Below the pieces are notes generated by a model. The model worked only from the letters and a program-made list of their open reading frames with translations, was not told the origin of the DNA and searched no databases. Both the position numbers and the translations under genes were made by a program. Shown piece by piece: positions 51,653-63,950 of a stretch of 64,000 bases of DNA. Every line of letters begins with the position of its first letter. The first letter of the stretch is position 1. The stretch comes from Macrostomum lignano. Taxonomy: Eukaryota. Location: positions 278,989 to 342,988 of the forward strand of contig NIVC01001183.1 in the NCBI GenBank assembly GCA_002269645.1, written 5' to 3'.

Positions 51653-54600
51653 CTAAATGGGATCCTGCGGCAGCGGGAACTGGCGCAGAGGATAGCCCGG
51701 ATTGTAGCCGCCGTCATCCTCAGGAGACGCGGCCACCTGGGCGGCTGCCGGGAGACGCAGCTGCTGATGAGGCTGGCCGGCCTTGCCGGGGCTCGGGCGC
51801 AGTTTGCGGCCCCAGTTGCGCAGGTGCTCGGCTTTCTCGCACGGCCGATGCCGACTGTAATAAGCGGCGTCGGTGAGGTCCTCCGACATGCCAGGCGTCT
51901 CCTGGAGGCGGCACAGGCGGAGCGCGGCCTGGGCGGGGGCGGCGCCGTTGGCGGCCGCAGGCTTGGCCAGCTTGGCGTACACGCGGATGTCCGAGGCGGG
52001 CGGCAGGGCGGGCACGGGGCGCCAGCTGGGGGTGGAAATCTCCCGGTACTCGATGGGTTCGTAGTGGTGCGGCGTCCACGGGGGCGACTCCGGCGACAGC
52101 TCGCCGTCGTCCGCCGCGGCCAGGTCGGCTGAGCCGTTGAAGCCAACAGCGGCATCGCCGTCCGCAGGTTTCTGATGCTGCTGGAGCGGCGGCTGCAGCT
52201 TCTTCATCAGCGCAGTGGAGGTGAGGGATGGGATTTTCAATGGCGGCGGATTCTGGCGCTGGCGGCGGTGAGGCTGCTGCTGCTGCTTTTGCCTGGCCGC
52301 TGAAGCGCTGGAGGAGGACGAGCTCGCCTGCGACATCGCGTCAAGGGATGACGGCAGAGGCTTCCTGCGGTGCTGCTGCTGCTGCTTGGTGGCCTGGCCT
52401 GCCTGCTGCTCCTGCTGCTGGCGCTGCCTGGACCGCTTCTTCCTGAAGATGGACGACACGGCCGTCTCGATGTGCTGGCGATCGGCCGGCGGCCCCAGCG
52501 CCGGGTGGCAGGCGGGGTCCAGCTGCTGCGCCCGCTCTGAGATCGGCGCCTGCGCGTTCGCCGGGCGGACCCGATTACGCCAGCCGCCGCACAGAGCGCA
52601 GCCGGGCAGCGGTGGGGCGCAGGAGCAGCGCACGAGGCCGCCGGCGGTGCTGGCGGCGGACATCCGTGGCGGCTGAAGCCGGACGCGGCGCCGGCCGCCG
52701 GCCAGCAGCTGCGGGGGCGCCGGCACGCAGCGGCTGGCGGAGCTGGTGGGATCGAAGCGCCAGGGCTTGTTGGACAGGCGATCGCAGAGGTCAGAGTAGG
52801 CGCGGAGGCGGCAGTCCACGTCGCTGAGCTGCTGGCTCACCTGCGATAGCGCGGGTTGGAGGAGGCAAAGGTAAGAGCAAGTAGGGATATTATGGGTGCC
52901 TGATGACTGCCTCTCCAGATACTGCACGTGCATTTCCCTGACCCCAACTAGGGATTGATGAGGTGCAGCCACCCCAGATACTGCATGTAGATGTCCCTGA
53001 CCCCAATTAGGGATTGATGAGGTGCAGCCACCCCAGATACTGCATGTAGATGTCCCTGACCCCAACTAGGGATTAATGAGGTGCAGCCACCCCAGATACT
53101 GCATGTAGATGTCCCTGACCCCAACTAGGGATTAATGAGGTGCAGCCACCCCAGATACTGCATGTAGATGTCCCTGACCCCAACTAGGGATTGATGAGGT
53201 GCAGCCACCCCAGATACTGCATGTAGATGTCCCTGACCCCAACTAGGGATTGATGAGGTGCAGCCACCCCAGATACTGCATGTAGATGTCCCTGACCCCA
53301 ACTAGGGATTAATGAGGTGCAGCCACTCCAGATACTGCATGTAGATGTCCCTGACCCCAACTAGGGATTAATGAGGTGCAGCCACTCCAGATACTGCATG
53401 TAGATGTCCCTGACCCCAACTAGGGATTAATGAGGTGCAGCCACCCCAGATACTGCATGTAGATGTCCCTGACCCCAACTAGGGATTAATGAGGTGCAGC
53501 CACTCCAGATACTGCATGTAGATGTCCCTGACCCCAACTAGGGATTAATGAGGTGCAGCCACTCCAGATACTGCATGTAGATGTCCCTGACCCCAACTAG
53601 GGATTAATGAGGTGCAGCCACTCCAGATACTGCATGTAGATGTCCCTGACCCCAACTAGGGATTAATGAGGTGCAGCCACTCCAGATACTGCATGTAGAT
53701 GTCCCTGAGCCCAACTAGGCACTAGTTCTAGAGATCCTAGGCTCAGCAGTCCATGGTCTCACCCAAAAGCAACGTCGCCATCAGCAGCATTTTTCTCAAC
53801 TCACCCACTGCCAGCGGGTGACCAGCTGAGCCCGCTTGCGGAACCAGGCCTCCCGCTCCTTCAGCGCAGCGGACGAAGTCTCGGACACGCCGGCCGAGCT
53901 GTCGTCGCTGTCCGCCACACTGTCATCGTGGCTGTCGGAGTCGGTGGCGTCGCTGTCCATGCAGGAGTGCAGCAAGCGGGACAGGCCGGGCAGACAGGAG
54001 GCCTCTGGCAGATTTCTGTTGACCGCCGGGTCGCCTAGCAGAGCCTCAAAGCTGCCGGATGGGCAGTCGGGCTGCACGAGGCGACTCGCCAGCTCCTGGG
54101 TTGCGCACTCGGCGAACCCGAGGCCGGCACCAGTCAGCAGGGTGCGGGTCAGCGAGTCCAGGCCTTCAAGCTGCGCCTCAGCGTCCAGATGGGCCGTCCA
54201 GGCTGACAACTGGCCCTGAGATTGGGTGGTGATGAGGCAACGGATGACTTCCAGTCGGGTGAGTTAAGGTTTGAGTCGGGTGGGTTAGGGTTCGAGTCGG
54301 ATGGGTTAGGCTTCCAGTCGGGTGGGTTAGGGTTCCAGTCGGGTGGGTTAGGGTTTGTGTCGGATGGGTTAGGGTTCCAGTCGGGTGGGTTAGGGTTTGT
54401 GTCGGATGGGTTAGGGTTCCAGTCGGGTGGGTTAGGGTTCCAGTCGGGTGGGTTAGGGTTTGAGTCGGGTTGGGTTAGGGTTTGAGTCGGGTGGGTTAGG
54501 GATCAAGTCGGGTTTGGAATCAGGTTTTCGGGGAAGAGATCAGAGTTCTTGAGCTTGGGTACTTGGCAACAACAAGCGTTGTTAAATAAAAAGTACAAAC

Positions 54601-55029
54601 TTGGCGATAGCCGAGCCGCTGCTGCAAGCTCGCGGAGTCCAACGGCTTCTGCTCCGCGGGCTCATCGCTGACTGACTGGGGGAGCGGCTGCTGCTGTGGC
54701 GGCGACTGTGGCAGTTTCGGCCTGGCCTCGGCCAAGCCATTGGCGCAGTGCTGGGGCGACATGTCGTCAGCGGTGCAGCCGGTGTTGCCGTCTTTGTTAT
54801 TTCCGGCGGCCGTTTCGCCGTCGCTATGGCAACCGCTGCCGCTGCTTCTACTGCCGCCAGCTGCGGACTGCGGCGGCTCCGGAGAGCCAGAATCCGCAGC
54901 TGAAGCAGCCAGCTGCTCCTGCTGGGCTGCGCTCACGACGGCGGCTGCTGCTGCTGCTGCTGCGGCGCACGACATGTTGTTGATGCATTGTTGTTGGGGG
55001 GGCTGCTGCTGCTGCTCCAATATTACCAT
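51653..55029 (-). CDS. KANSL1: KAT8 regulatory NSL complex subunit 1 (NSL1), about 673 aa, 3 coding exons
   Basis: Exons 55029..54601, 54209..53805, 52840..51653 (all phase 0). Motifs DSDATDSDS, RAQLVTRWQW|VSQQLSDVDCRLR, CSCAPPLPGCALCGG...ERAQQLDPACHPAL, and the C-terminal PEHE region EISTPSWR...EDLTDAAYYSRHRPCEKAE match KANSL1 in the expected order. The start codon is uncertain. Confidence 0.88.
52915..53720. repeat. 59-bp intronic minisatellite
   Basis: About 13 copies of CCAGATACTGCATGTAGATGTCCCTGACCCCAACTAGGGATT(A/G)ATGAGGTGCAGCCAC(C/T). Confidence 0.96.
54250..54510. repeat. 21-bp repeat containing the telomeric hexamer TTAGGG (GTCGGGTGGGTTAGGGTTCCA)
   Basis: About 12 copies in KANSL1 intron 1. 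Confidence 0.92.
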
Positions 55030-56649
55030 TCGGCTACGCCGCGGGGGGTAGCCGGGGCTTCGCTCAGGAGGCCGTGGGCGCCGATGCTGCTGGAGCTGCT
55101 GGGACTGATGATGGAGCTTTGAATCAAAGTGAGAGGTTGATGCTGCCGCTGCCGGGAGCTTCTCATGGGCGCAATGACAGAAACTTGGTTAACGCGGACA
55201 GCAGATTACAGTATACTTGAATGAATGGTTTAAAACTGAGCCAAGTTAGTTTCGGCTGAAAAGCATTGCATGAATGAGTGAGAAATTTATAAGTTTGGCT
55301 TTAAAGTTGAGCACTGCCAGACATCACAGCTAGAACCAAACCAAATGGTTGAATCAAACAAACATTTATGTAACCATTTTAGTTGTAAGCCATACAGTAT
55401 ATTAAAGTTATAAAACAGTGACAACCAAAATTATTTAGACTAAATGACAAATCTCAGACATATGCGTGCATAAAACTGCACTATATTTTCTTGGGCATTT
55501 CTAGGTCTAAAAGTTGAAAACCGTCTCTATATATAATTGACTCAGTGTTTGTTGCCAGGCTAATTTCTCAGCAATGCAATATGCTTGAACCAAGTAACCA
55601 AACCTATTACAAAGCTTAAAATGTCATTGGAAAAAAATATCTTTCTAAATATTGTATGTTAGATTGCAAAAAAATTGGATCACAGAAATCATTAAATTTT
55701 TTTAGTGTGATTTGGTTATTTCTAGTACAAAATGACTCATTTCTCTATAATGTAATATGCTCAAAAAGCAATCAAACACCTTTACAAAGCTTAGAGTCGC
55801 AAAGTAATGTGATAAAAACTTGTCATTCTATATTCTATACATTAGATACTCTAGAGTTTTGTAGATACTTGCTTTTGTGCTATTCTAGTTCGACTTGCAC
55901 AATAATAAACCTAAGTTATGCTTTAACTACATGATTTAGATATGCATACAAATATAAAAGTAGGCAGTTTTGAATTATTAATTTTTATAACAAAATTTAG
56001 GCTTTTTAAAAAAATTTATTTTAAAATACACCTTAAAATGCTTTTAAAGAGATGCAATATACTTATAAAGTTGAAATCTATGATGGTGGACATCCATAAA
56101 AGTGCCAGGTTATGCAACTTTAAAGCATACTTTTTTGCTAGAAACTTTTATTCTTTGTTTTACTTTTGCTTTCCTTGTAAGTTGCATTATTATTTTCTAT
56201 TTTTGCTTTTAAGAGCTTTCCTTGATCTATATTCAACTACACCATATACACTAAGCCTGAACTTGGCTATTTTTGTACACCAAGATAGTCAGTGGAGCAA
56301 AAATTTGTCACAATTTTTTGTATAAAGGCCAAATTCTAGACTATAGGTATAAATTTTTTTAAGAAAAAAAGATATATAATTTGGTATATACACTAAGACT
56401 GCCTTAACTTTAAGCAATATATGTACATTGATAAAATAGCAATATAGCAGATGACTTATACAAAGTCTAATAATAGTCTCCCATATTGGTAGTAGTAGGC
56501 AGGCCAGTTAGGTATTGGAAGCTGCTGAAAAGGCTTCTGATTCGCAATCCTAGGGCCAAAACATACATTAATCGCATTGCCTGGACTTTGCCTAAGTAGT
56601 TGCCTAAGTTGCCTAAAAGCCTAAGTATTGCTTGGACATTGCTGCACTT

Positions 56650-57310
56650 AATTGCATCCTGCATGTGAATGGGATGAAAAAGGCCACGAAGACTATTCTA
56701 TCAACTGGTGCCCCCTTTCTACAGCTGAAGAGCAAAAGCCATTGCTCTTTACACAATAAAAACTTGGTCATGTAACTCCTGGAGAAGTTAATGATTGTTC
56801 TGATGCACATTAGATATTAGAATAAAATTTACCAGCAATCTTAAGTGCAGCCTGGGGATCAGGTAATGGTGCAGCTGCAGCACATTCAAGAGAACTAGAA
56901 GCACTACCATCCCAATGTTCAGCAAGCTCACACAGAGAGGGACTGTTAATGGTAGTGCAAAATCCAGAGGTTGTCGCTTCTAAAAGAGATCTATCTGTGC
57001 ATAATGCAAAAATTGAGATTCATGGTGCAGATGCAACAACCCAAGCATATTGCTCTTCTTAAGTAATTTCAGCTGAAAGAGAAGCTGTTTTTGAAATGAA
57101 TGAATAAATGAGACATCTTGAGACAGAATTTGTATGATTGTGCAATGCTCATGCTGAATCTATTGCTATAGAATCTTGCCTATCAACTAATGCTGATACT
57201 GAAGCGCAGATCCAATAACCACATACAGCCATTCATTTGGACTCAGATTTGGAGACTGAGACTGATGGCCAAAGAAGTGAGAGTCCTCCAAGAAAAAGAA
57301 ATATGCAACA
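56650..57310 (+). pseudogene. Degenerate copy of the hAT transposase N-terminal exon
   Basis: EWDEKGHEDYSINWCPLSTAEEQKPLLFTQ*KLGHVTPGEVNDCSDAH*ILE...SQCSASSHRE aligns with E*DEVGHEDYSINRCPTSNSEVQKPLLFTRWKLGKLTPGKENDCSGAHWILE...SACSASSHRN from the right-hand element. Confidence 0.8.
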
Positions 57311-57723
57311 ACCTGTTAGTTATACAAGTTAGTTATACAAACAGTTACAAATAGTTACCTAATGATATGTTTACAGATGCTTGAGAAGAGAAAACCAATA
57401 ATGTACTTCGATAGATTTAAGCAACTGTCAGTCACAGAAACAAGACAAACCATGATATGCTAAAAGATTTATTTACTCAAGATAGTTTTGTGACATTTGT
57501 CTTAGAAGACTATGGGGTGTTACAACAGATAAAGCATCTATGATGACAGGAAGTTGAGTTGGACTTACAAGTTTGCTAAAACTATGGGCAAGAAACAATT
57601 TCTTTTAACACAATTGTGCCGCACACAAATTGGAGCCTTCTATGTATCATGCCTTCAAAAAATTGCCATATATACAATGCCTAGATACACTACTGCAATG
57701 CTTAGAGGACAGGCAGAAAAATC

Positions 57724-58270
57724 TCCTGATTGCAACTTAGTTCCTCCCAATTGCGACTTAGTTCCCCCTGATTGCAACTTATTTCCTCCTGATTGCAACT
57801 TAGTTCCTCTTGATTGCAACTTAGTTCCTCCTAATTGCAACTTAGCTCCTTCTAATTGCGACTTAGTTCCCCCTGATTGCAACTTATTTCCTCCTGATTG
57901 CAACTTAGTTCCTCTTGATTGCAACTTAGTTCCTCCTAATTGCAACTTAGCTCCTTCTAATTGCGACTTAGTTCCCCCTGATTGCAACTTATTTCCTCCT
58001 GATTGCAACTTAGTTCCTCTTGATTGCAACTTAGTTCCTCCTAATTGCAACTTAGCTCCTTCTAATTGCGACTTAGTTCCCCCTGATTGCAACTTATTTC
58101 CTCCTGATTGCAACTTAGTTCCTCTTGATTGCAACTTAGTTCCTCCTAATTGCAACTTAGCTCCTTCTAATTGCGACTTAGTTCCTCCTAATTGCAACTT
58201 AGTTCCTCCTAATTATGACTTAGTTCCTCCCGATTGCAACTTAGTTCCTCCTAATTGTGACTTAGTTCCT
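57724..58270. repeat. 21-bp subterminal satellite with a 105-bp (5-mer) higher-order repeat
   Basis: The variant TTGCGACTTA recurs at 57751, 57856, 57961, 58066 and 58171 (exact 105-bp spacing). Confidence 0.95.
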
Positions 58271-59929
58271 CTGTTCTCTTTTCTTTTCTTTCTCTTTCTC
58301 TTTCTTTCCTTCTCTCTCTTCTTCCTCCTTTCTTTTCCTTTTCTCTTCCTCTTCTTTCTTTCTTCCCCCAATTTTTCATTTTTCCCATTTTTGATTTTGT
58401 GACTAACCTTGGCTGGCGGCCATTTCACCCATCTGGTTCAGATGGGTCAGATGGGTGTTGGGCATGTATGAGCTCACAAGTGACTTCACTTGTAGGCCTT
58501 TTCCCCTTGTCATATGAGCCAGTCACATGATAGGGCCCTCTTCCTTCTTTTCAGTCTAAAGTATAATGATTTCATCATTGTGTGCTGGGCTTGTGTTTAT
58601 AGGGAAATCACATGTGCCCAGACCCCTGTCTCCATTGAAGGAAACCCACTTGCCAGTTGCTAAAAATAGCAACAAAGTCACTTGTGACTTGCAATGGGGG
58701 GTCTTGTTTTTGTAGTATAATTGATTCCCTCTATAAATGCAGCCTCTCTCATGGCTTGGCTTAGCCAACCCTTTCCATTTCTTCCACTTCATTCATTTTA
58801 TATATATTTGGCATTGGATCCTTTGTTGCTTTGATGACTAGAAAATAAAGAAGATTGTAATGACTTTGGATTGCTAGTTTTATATATGATTAAAATGATA
58901 CATTTTTATATCTTTTTAATGGTTATTGTTTAAATCTTCAATGATCATAAACTAAAGAAATTCCATTAGTAGTTGCTAATAACTAGGCCTAGTGTTTGAT
59001 ACTATATATATAATGTAAGACTAAGTAGGTCTAGATAGTCTCAATAAAGTCATTTTTATAATTTAGAGCTTTAGAAACTTTATAAAACTTTTTTATACTT
59101 TCTATTTAATTATTATCTACATTTGAAAAATAAAAATCATGCATGATATATACATAGATATACATTTATAATTTATGCCATACAGATTTACTACATAAAG
59201 TTTGATATTTTCTTTGCTTAACTACTTGGTTGATAGTTGTTTTGTCTGTTGCCAGTTTGTCTGCCATTCTTTTGTCTGCAAAATACAATGCAGTCATTTT
59301 GTCTACCAATAAAATATTAAATGCAATGTCAATATTCATGTTTTTTATATTAAAAGGATTATCTGGACTATATATCTTGAAAATACTTAAAGTAAAAATA
59401 ACAAAATAATTTTTAAAGTATGAATATACCTAAAAATATTAGGGCCATTCCATATAATTATGGTCGTAACATGACAGACTATTTTACTTATAAAATGAAA
59501 TCTAATAATATAATACACTAAACCAATATTTTGAATGAAAGATTATTTTGTCAAGAATATGTTTATAAAGTTTCATATAGATATCATCATTAGTAGTGAT
59601 GCTATTAAACCTTGAATGGCACTTATGGTGTAACAACAGGATTTTTGACAAATAGAAACTAAAAGGTGAAAGTCTTAAAACATTTTTCAATTTTTATATT
59701 TTGCAATTTTTTTTTAATTTGACTAAGAACATCTTTAGACATACATGCGCAACTGCTGGCCAAGCTGGCTGATCCGGCCACCGTAAATCGTGGCTGACCA
59801 GGGGTAAGTCGCAAAATTGAGTCGACCAAAAACAGAAAAACACAAGAACCAAGAAAGAAAGGCAACAGGAAAGCGAAAAAAAGAGCAGTTCAAGGAAAAA
59901 TGGTGAAGCAAAAGAAAAACAAGTCGCAT

Positions 59930-60495
59930 AAGAAGCAAACTAAGTCGCAAAAAGGATCAGGTAAGTTGCAACAGGAGCAACTAAGTCGCAAAAAGGATCA
60001 GGTAAGTCGCAAAAGGAGCAACTAAGTTGCAAAAAGGATTAGGTAAGTCGCATAAGAAGCAAACTAAGTTGCAAAAAGGATCAGGTAAGTCGCAATAGGA
60101 GCAACTAAGTTGCAAAAAGGATCAGGTAAGTCGCATAAGAAGCAAACTAAGTCGCAAAAAGGATCAGGTAAGTCGCAATAGGAGCAACTAAGTCGCAAAA
60201 AGGATCAGGTAAGTCACATAAGAAGCAAACTAAGTTGCAAAAAGGATCAGGTAAGTCGCAATAGGAGCAACTAAGTTGCAAAAAGGATCAGGTAAGTCGC
60301 ATAAGAAGCAAACAAAGTTGCAAAAAGGATCAGGTAAGTCGCAACAGGAGCAACTAAGTCGCAAAAAGGATCAGGTAAGTCGCAAAAGGAGCAAACTAAG
60401 TCGCAAAAAGGATCAGGTAAGTCGCAAAAAGGATCAGGTAAGTCGCAACAGGAGCAACTAAGTCGTAAAAAGGATCAGGTAAGTTGCAATAAGAG
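59930..60495. repeat. Subterminal array of TAAGT(C/T)GCA motifs (alternating ~20-21-bp units)
   Basis: ACTAAGTCGCAAAAAGGATCAGG/TAAGTCGCATAAGAAGCAA units. Confidence 0.93.
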
Positions 60496-60636
60496 CAGCT
60501 ATATTTAGAATTCAGTTATGTCGCAGATTTATAAGTTTTTAACTAAGCAAAGCAAGCCAATAACAAGATAGCGATTTAGCAAAATATTAAGTATATTGTG
60601 ATAATGTAATGTATCTTATCAGACATCAATGTCAAA

Positions 60637-63600
60637 CTAAAAGAGTCCACTCTGTAAGATATTTTTTTCTGCTTCGCTGTCATTTGTAACTTGTTCCTGT
60701 CGACCTCTAGGAGCATCAGATTGCCAGTGGCTTTTGAGCCAATCATTTACATATGCATCAGGCTTGAAATTAGCCAACGGAGGTCCATTTATACGAATCT
60801 GCAGCAAATGCTCCAAAGTTTTAGGCATGAGGCGTGACCTTCTATCATAGGCTATGTGCTTATAGATTGAAAACCCCCGTTCAGCCTCTGCAGATGATAT
60901 AGGCAGTGTTAGGACAACCAGGATCAGTTTTTTTATTTTAGGCAGCCATTCAACTGTCCTTTTTTTCCATAAAGTGACTCCAAAATTTTACGGGGCCTCT
61001 ACTACAGTAGGCACAAAAGTCAAACTTGTGTGAAGTAACCAGGCTGTTTATTAGAATAGAAAACTGCCCAGATATTGTCCTGATGTTGTCTCTAGAATCT
61101 GATTCTGAATTTGAATCAGAGTCTCCTGAGACAGGGCTCTCGTCTTGCATACCAAAGCGTCTAGCCAATGGAATTATTCTTGAGCTATAAGTGAAAACTG
61201 TATGTAATGTCTCAGCCGTAGGCAATGATTCCGGATTGAGTACATCAAATATTGAATAATCATCCTCAGGAAAATATTTACGCAGTTGACTGACAATGCT
61301 ATCAATAATGACAAGCCAGATTTCGCTCAGTGCTGGATACGGTCCTACATCAGTAGCATCAGTACTGCATCCCCGGCATCTTAGTCTACTACATGGCTGT
61401 TTCAACTCAAACCTTTGTGTTGAATCGTCAGTACCAGTAGGGCACACAAAGTCCGAATGAGATAGGTCATTTGTATGACAACGTACAACGTACTACATGG
61501 CTGTTTCAACTCAAACCTTTGTGTTGAATTGTCAGTACCAGCAGGGCACACAAAGTCCGAATGAGATAGGTCATTTGTATGACAATGTACACGGTATTCT
61601 ATATCTATAGTAGGTCCCACAACTCTGCGGCATCTGCACGAATTTAAGAAATCCATAACTCGAGGACCATTGTTTGTCTTTAACATTTCTAAGGAATGGA
61701 TCAAGTCATTGTGGCGTTTTTGTAATCCTATAAATGTACCTCTGGCACTTTGAAACTGCAAAGATTCAAATTCCAAAAGCTTTAGAATGTCAGTGAGAAA
61801 TAGGTGCAAGGAATAATATCGTACATTTTTCAATGTCTTCAGCAATCCGGAGGCAGTAGCTTTACTTTCATCATCAAAATCTGATGAAGTTGAAATGATA
61901 TTTTCTAGATTTGTGAGAAGAAGGTAGTATGACTTCCTAATTACATCCAAGGCGGACACTTCTGATGCAACCCATCTTATGCGATAGATTCTTTTAAGTT
62001 TGTAAAAAACTTTGTCCAATACTTCTGAAGTTTCAAGTAATGAAGCTTTGTGCTTTGTAGCATGTCGCATGTAAAATTTGTATAGAGAATTTATGCTTGT
62101 ATCAAGGTGCTACATATATGGGAAGTTTTCAAAAGCATGATAAATTGAAAGTTCCAACTTATGGGCTGCACAGTGATGCTGGAAGAAATTGTTCTTAGCT
62201 CAAGGCCTGAGTCTGCTTACCAATCCTGCTTGATTTCCTGTCATGACTGCTGCACCATCAGTTGTCACGCCCCATAGTCTTTTTTTGATACTGGTACCTT
62301 CCAGAATATTGTCTTCAGTGAACATACCAATAAGTATTTCATAAATTCTTTGTCCTGTTTCTACTTGAGCAAGGCGTTTGAACTGATAGAAAAACATCAT
62401 AGGGTTGCTGTTTTCAAGAATTCTGAAGTAGATCATCAAATAACTGTTAGAATGGATGTCAGATGTTGTCTAATACAATTGAAATTGGAAGATCTTTAGA
62501 ATTTTTTATATACTTCAGTAGCGTTTTATGCATGGTCATACTGATTGATTCAGCCATTGCAGTAGCACTTTTACAATGCCTGTGATGACTGCCCATATCC
62601 AAGCCATTCTTTATTTGTAAATCCACCATCAGATTATGTGCACTAAATGGAACATTGGCTTTTACTTCAGCATATACAGTCGTTAAAACCCTGGCAGTTA
62701 TTTCATCTTTTTTGGTTTGTGCTAGTTTAGCCACCCTATTCATCTCATTAATTTGCCTTGCAAGTATGGAGTGGTGTTTCTCTTTCATCCAATTAATGGC
62801 TTCAGAGTGAAATAAACTTGATGAATGTCTTTGTAGCTTTCTTTGTACACTATCCTTTGCATGTCCATTTGGAACATAACCTGATTTGGTCACAAATGTC
62901 ATGCCACGTTTACTTGCTTCATTTGCTGCTGAGGGAAGTGCATTGGCATACTGTTGACAGATTTGGCACTGTATTCTAGATCGCAATAGATCATCGGTAT
63001 TTTGAGCGTATTGAAACCATGTCTTCATTTCATTGGTTACAAATTTCCTTGAAAAGTACCTAAAATAAATTATTTAGATTAGAGGCAGGCAGTAGATTTA
63101 GTATTAATAGACTAAAAAGGCATTTAATTAAAAGAGAAAAATAAATGCATATAATTTTTCTTACGCTGACTGATGTGTTTCCAAGGAATCCAGCCACTGC
63201 TCTTGAAAACTAGATGTATCTTCCCAATCCTTTCTTAGGACTTGTTCGGTTCTTGCTTCTCCTGTCCCTGATGGTCCTGATCCTAATGCTGATGTTGCTA
63301 AACATGCATCTGCAATTGTACTTATGCATGGCCTTTTTCTTTCTGAAGGTCCTGCAATTACAGAGTCACTAATTTGAATATCAACGTCTGGGTCACACAA
63401 ATTGGACGCATCAGCATCTATATCAACAGCTGAAGGTGAAGGCCTACGTCCATGACAACAAGATCGCTTTAAGGATTGCCTTTGAACATTTATTTGCCTA
63501 ACAATTTCTACTTCTAGATCAATTGTTTGCTGGTCACTTTCCAGCACCTTATCCACTTCCTGCTCCTGTAGACTTCCAGCTGAGCAAAAGGCACTTTGTT

Positions 63601-63950
63601 CCACATGCCCTGTTGTTTGCGCAGTTTGAACAGCTTGATCTCGATTGGCTGCTATTTCCTGTGAATATTCTATAGCCTTTGCCAGTTCATTACGATGTGA
63701 GCTTGCTGAGCATGCAGATGGGGGTGGCCTTTCACTTTGATGGTGAGCTAGGAGAACTTGTTGGTGAATTAACAATAATTCCAATATTCTCCTCCAAAAT
63801 CCAATGTGCGCCTGAGCAGTCATTTTCTTTACCTGGAGTCAATTTGCCAAGTTTCCACCTTGTAAAAAGTAAAGGCTTTTGTACTTCACTGTTGGATGTA
63901 GGACACCGGTTTATGGAATAGTCTTCATGGCCAACTTCATCCTATTCTCT
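60637..63950 (-). pseudogene. ZNF862-like hAT transposase pseudogene (spliced; stops and frameshifts)
   Basis: Exon ...63165, intron 63164..63060 (GC|gtaaga ... ttttag|G), exon 63059..60637. Zn-finger W...CQIC...LQRHSSSLFH; catalytic SIVLD; TTDGAAVMTGNQAGL; HHCAAHKLEL; IRWVAS; C-terminal dimerization motif LTLPISSAEAERGFS...RSRL. Frameshifts near 63740, 62460, 61400-61490 and 60960; in-frame stops at ~62200, ~62127 and ~63943. Confidence 0.9.

Larger units (their letters stand above)
56460..58470 (+). mobile_element. Decayed, internally deleted hAT element (3' end present; 5' end not found)
   Basis: Right TIR GTTGGGCATGTATG at 58457-58470 (1 mismatch to the family TIR); subterminal TTGC(A/G)ACTTAG array at 57724-58270; stop-riddled + frame at ~56650-57310 homologous to the - frame at ~63950-63500. 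Confidence 0.8.

Noticed and set aside
55022-55043. tRNA-like 5' end GCGGCGTAGCCGAATGGTAA on the - strand
   Set aside because: A-box-like only; no anticodon arm, T-loop/B-box or acceptor-stem partner follows, and it overlaps the KANSL1 start codon.
56650-63950. RIP-like hypermutation inferred from TGG-to-stop changes in the hAT copies
   Set aside because: Only a handful of sites, and other stop types are also present; this cannot be supported without a consensus-based substitution count.
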